From an uncultured Eubacteriales bacterium (GTDB lineage Bacteria > Bacillota > Clostridia > Christensenellales > UBA1242), in assembly GCA_949077035.1 (NCBI GenBank), contig CARUPR010000001.1:22443-86442 (forward strand): a stretch of 64,000 nt of DNA, read 5' to 3'. The notes beneath the pieces were generated by a model. It saw nothing but the letters and a program-made list of their open reading frames with translations. It made no database searches and was not told where the DNA came from. How positions within the stretch are numbered: the stretch's first letter is position 1; every line of letters begins with the position of its first letter. The position numbers and the translations under genes are program-made. Positions 61,665 through 64,000 of the stretch are shown piece after piece.

Positions 61665-63983
61665 ATGGTAAAAAACATCATGAAAAGAGATGGCAGAGTC
61701 AAAGAATTTGACGTGTCAAAAATTGAATACGCCATTTCAAAAGCTATGAACGCTGTTGGAGATAAGGAATTTAAAATTGCTTCAAAGCTTGCAAAACTTG
61801 TTGTAGAGGAAATTGACAATCAATTTGATGATGGCAAAATCCCTTCTGTAGAACAGGTGCAAGATATTGTCGAAAAAGTCTTGATGAAAAAGGGCTATGA
61901 CGATGTTGCAAAAGCTTATATTATCTATCGTCAAAAACGCAGCCAAGTGCGCGAGCTTAATTCTTCTCTTATGAAAACTTTTGACAAAATCAACAATAGC
62001 GATGCGAAAGACAGTGATTTAAAAAGAGAAAATGCAAATATCGATGGCGATACACCAATGGGAGTTATGCTTAAGTTTGGTTCTGAATCTGCCAAAAACT
62101 ATTTTAATAAGGCAATTATCGACCCAAAACAAGGCAAAGCTCATCAAGAAGGTGACATTCACATTCATGACTTTGATTTCTATACTCTGACAGAAACTTG
62201 CTGTCAAATTGATGTTGAAAAACTTTTTAAGAGTGGTTTTCATACAGGTCATGGCTTTGTCAGAGAGCCCAATGATATAAGGACCTATTCTGCCCTTGTT
62301 TGCATTGCTATTCAATCAAACCAAAATGACCAACATGGCGGTCAAAGCGTGCCAAACTTTGATTATGGATGTGCTCCTGGGGTTGCAAAGACATATAAAA
62401 AACTATATAGAACAAACTTTATTAAAGCTTACATCTTAAAAGAAGCTGGGAGTTTAAGCGAAGAAGAAATATTAAACACACTTAAAAATATTGAAAAAGA
62501 AAAAGGTCTTTATCCTACCCTTGCCGGCGATAAGGGTTATGACAAAGCTGAAAGACAGGCTTTTGCAGAAATAAATGATGAAATGTTTGCAAAAATTAAA
62601 GATTACGCAACACAAAAAGGTTACAGCGAAACAAATGAAGCAACACATCAAGCTATGGAAGCGCTTGTCCACAACCTTAACACAATGCATTCTCGTGCCG
62701 GCGCTCAAGTGCCATTCTCATCATTAAACTTTGGGACTGACACATCACCAGAAGGCAGAATGGTTATGATAAACTTCTTAAGAGCTACCGAAGAAGGTTT
62801 AGGAAATGGCGAAACTCCAATCTTCCCTATTTCAATATTTAAGGTTAAGGAAGGTGTAAACTATAATCCTGGCGACCCTAACTATGACATCTTTAAACTT
62901 GCTATGAGATGCTCTGCAAAAAGAATGTTTCCAAACTTCTCATTCATTGATGCACCTTTCAACTTAAAATATTATAAGGAAGGTCAACCAGAAACCGAAG
63001 TCGCTTATATGGGCTGCAGAACAAGGGTTATGGCAAACGAATATGACCCTTCAAGAGCTATCACATATGGAAGAGGCAACCTTTCATTCACATCAATCAA
63101 CCTTCCAAGAATTGCCATTGAAAGCAAGGGCGATATAAAGAAATTCTATAACCGCCTTGACGAACTTATGGAGCTTGTGACCGACCAACTTCTTGATAGA
63201 TTTAAAATTCAACAATCTAAACACGTTTACAACTATCCCTTCCTCATGGGGCAAGGAGTTTGGATTGACTCAGAAAAATTAAATAGAGATGACAGCATTG
63301 CCGAGATATTAAAGCACGGAACACTCACCTATGGTTTTATCGGTCTTGCTGAAGCATTGGTTGCTCTTACAGGCAAGCATCATGGCGAAAGTGAAAAATC
63401 ATGGCAGATAGGATATGATATTATCAAACATATGCGTGAATTTGCTGATGAAAAGGCAAAAAAATACAAGCTCAACTTCTCAGTTATCGCAACACCTGCT
63501 GAAGGCTTAAGCGGAAGATTTATCAGAATAGACAAGGAAAAATATGGCAAAATTGAAGGTGTAACTGATAGAGATTATTACACAAACAGTTTCCATGTGC
63601 CAGTTTATTATGACATAACAGCTGAAAGAAAGATTGACCTTGAAGCACCTTTCCATGCACTTTGCAATGGCGGTCATATATCATATATAGAACTTGATGG
63701 CGATGCTACCGCAAACCTTGATGCTTTTGAAAGAATTGTCAGACACATGAAAGAAAAAGGCATTGGTTATGGTGCAGTCAACCACCCTATCGACAGAGAC
63801 CCTGTCTGTGGTTATAATGGAATAATTGGTGACACCTGCCCTAATTGCGGCAGAAGTGAACAAGATGGAAGAGGCAACTTTGAAAGAATAAGAAGAATTA
63901 CCGGCTATCTTGTAGGGACTCTTGATAGATTCAACAACGGAAAACGTGCTGAAGAACATGACAGAGTAAAACATGGTGTTTAA
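61665..63983 (+). CDS. nrdD: Anaerobic ribonucleoside-triphosphate reductase (class III)
   Basis: The SD AAAGGAGA lies upstream. The N-terminal ATP-cone reads 'IMKRDGRVKEFDVSKIEYAISKA'. The C-terminal Zn site is 'CGYNG...CPNCG' and the glycyl-radical motif is 'RIRRITGYLVG'. Confidence 0.95.
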   Translation: MVKNIMKRDGRVKEFDVSKIEYAISKAMNAVGDKEFKIASKLAKLVVEEIDNQFDDGKIPSVEQVQDIVEKVLMKKGYDDVAKAYIIYRQKRSQVRELNSSLMKTFDKINNSDAKDSDLKRENANIDGDTPMGVMLKFGSESAKNYFNKAIIDPKQGKAHQEGDIHIHDFDFYTLTETCCQIDVEKLFKSGFHTGHGFVREPNDIRTYSALVCIAIQSNQNDQHGGQSVPNFDYGCAPGVAKTYKKLYRTNFIKAYILKEAGSLSEEEILNTLKNIEKEKGLYPTLAGDKGYDKAERQAFAEINDEMFAKIKDYATQKGYSETNEATHQAMEALVHNLNTMHSRAGAQVPFSSLNFGTDTSPEGRMVMINFLRATEEGLGNGETPIFPISIFKVKEGVNYNPGDPNYDIFKLAMRCSAKRMFPNFSFIDAPFNLKYYKEGQPETEVAYMGCRTRVMANEYDPSRAITYGRGNLSFTSINLPRIAIESKGDIKKFYNRLDELMELVTDQLLDRFKIQQSKHVYNYPFLMGQGVWIDSEKLNRDDSIAEILKHGTLTYGFIGLAEALVALTGKHHGESEKSWQIGYDIIKHMREFADEKAKKYKLNFSVIATPAEGLSGRFIRIDKEKYGKIEGVTDRDYYTNSFHVPVYYDITAERKIDLEAPFHALCNGGHISYIELDGDATANLDAFERIVRHMKEKGIGYGAVNHPIDRDPVCGYNGIIGDTCPNCGRSEQDGRGNFERIRRITGYLVGTLDRFNNGKRAEEHDRVKHGV

Positions 63984-64000
63984 TGTTTAATAAATGAATT

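Noticed and set aside
1-64000. Genetic code 4 (UGA=Trp, Mollicutes-like), suggested by the low GC content
   Set aside because: All long ORFs are intact under the standard code and every Trp is TGG, including the many Trp residues in the 3501-aa protein. TGA terminates the rsmH gene (followed directly by TAA) and the ZIP transporter gene at sensible protein ends.

Overview
AT-rich segment of a low-GC, cell-wall-bearing Bacillota-type chromosome. I cannot assign a genus. The standard genetic code applies: every Trp in the long ORFs is TGG, and TGA ends two genes. The window is tightly packed with about 45 protein genes, mostly housekeeping. These include gyrA (5'-truncated), helD, hisS, uvrC, gpsA, a sirtuin, alr, an LtaS-type synthase and a ZIP transporter. 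Also present are rnhB, a CaCA antiporter, ppa, rubrerythrin, a U32 protein, cls, an ABC-F ATPase, glyQS, two YugP-like peptidases, a short dcw block (rsmH, ftsL-position gene, PBP2B) and nrdD.

RNA and regulatory features:
- Two solitary tRNAs with encoded CCA, tRNA-Ile(GAU) and tRNA-Arg(ACG).
- A glycine T-box leader ahead of glyQS.
- A probable NrdR operator ahead of nrdD.
- Several near-consensus sigma-A promoters.
- Many A-run/hairpin/T-run bidirectional terminators between convergent genes.

I found no IS element, integrase, prophage, CRISPR array, rRNA or recognisable canonical defence system.

Items not explained by routine annotation:
1. A 10.5-kb gene for a 3501-aa N-terminally anchored giant protein with no family I can recognise.
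2. A 41-nt hairpin-forming element present as four abutting copies in the glyQS 3' region, plus a fifth copy directly after cls. All copies lie in the same sense relative to transcription and just upstream of an intrinsic terminator.
3. A dense DnaA-box cluster with 10-bp-phased A-tracts between helD and hisS.
4. A zinc-ribbon-rich SPFH (YdjI-like) membrane operon next to a PNK-like kinase/Ham1-like fusion gene.
5. An oxidoreductase carrying a CxCGDD-repeat metallothionein-like tail.
6. An 845-aa CvpA-domain fusion protein sitting where mraZ normally heads the dcw cluster.
7. Three genes whose ATG lies exactly 6 nt after a TATAAT box, suggesting leaderless mRNAs.
8. An ABC-F protein with a destroyed Walker A in NBD2.

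All functional calls come from motif recognition by eye. No searches were run.
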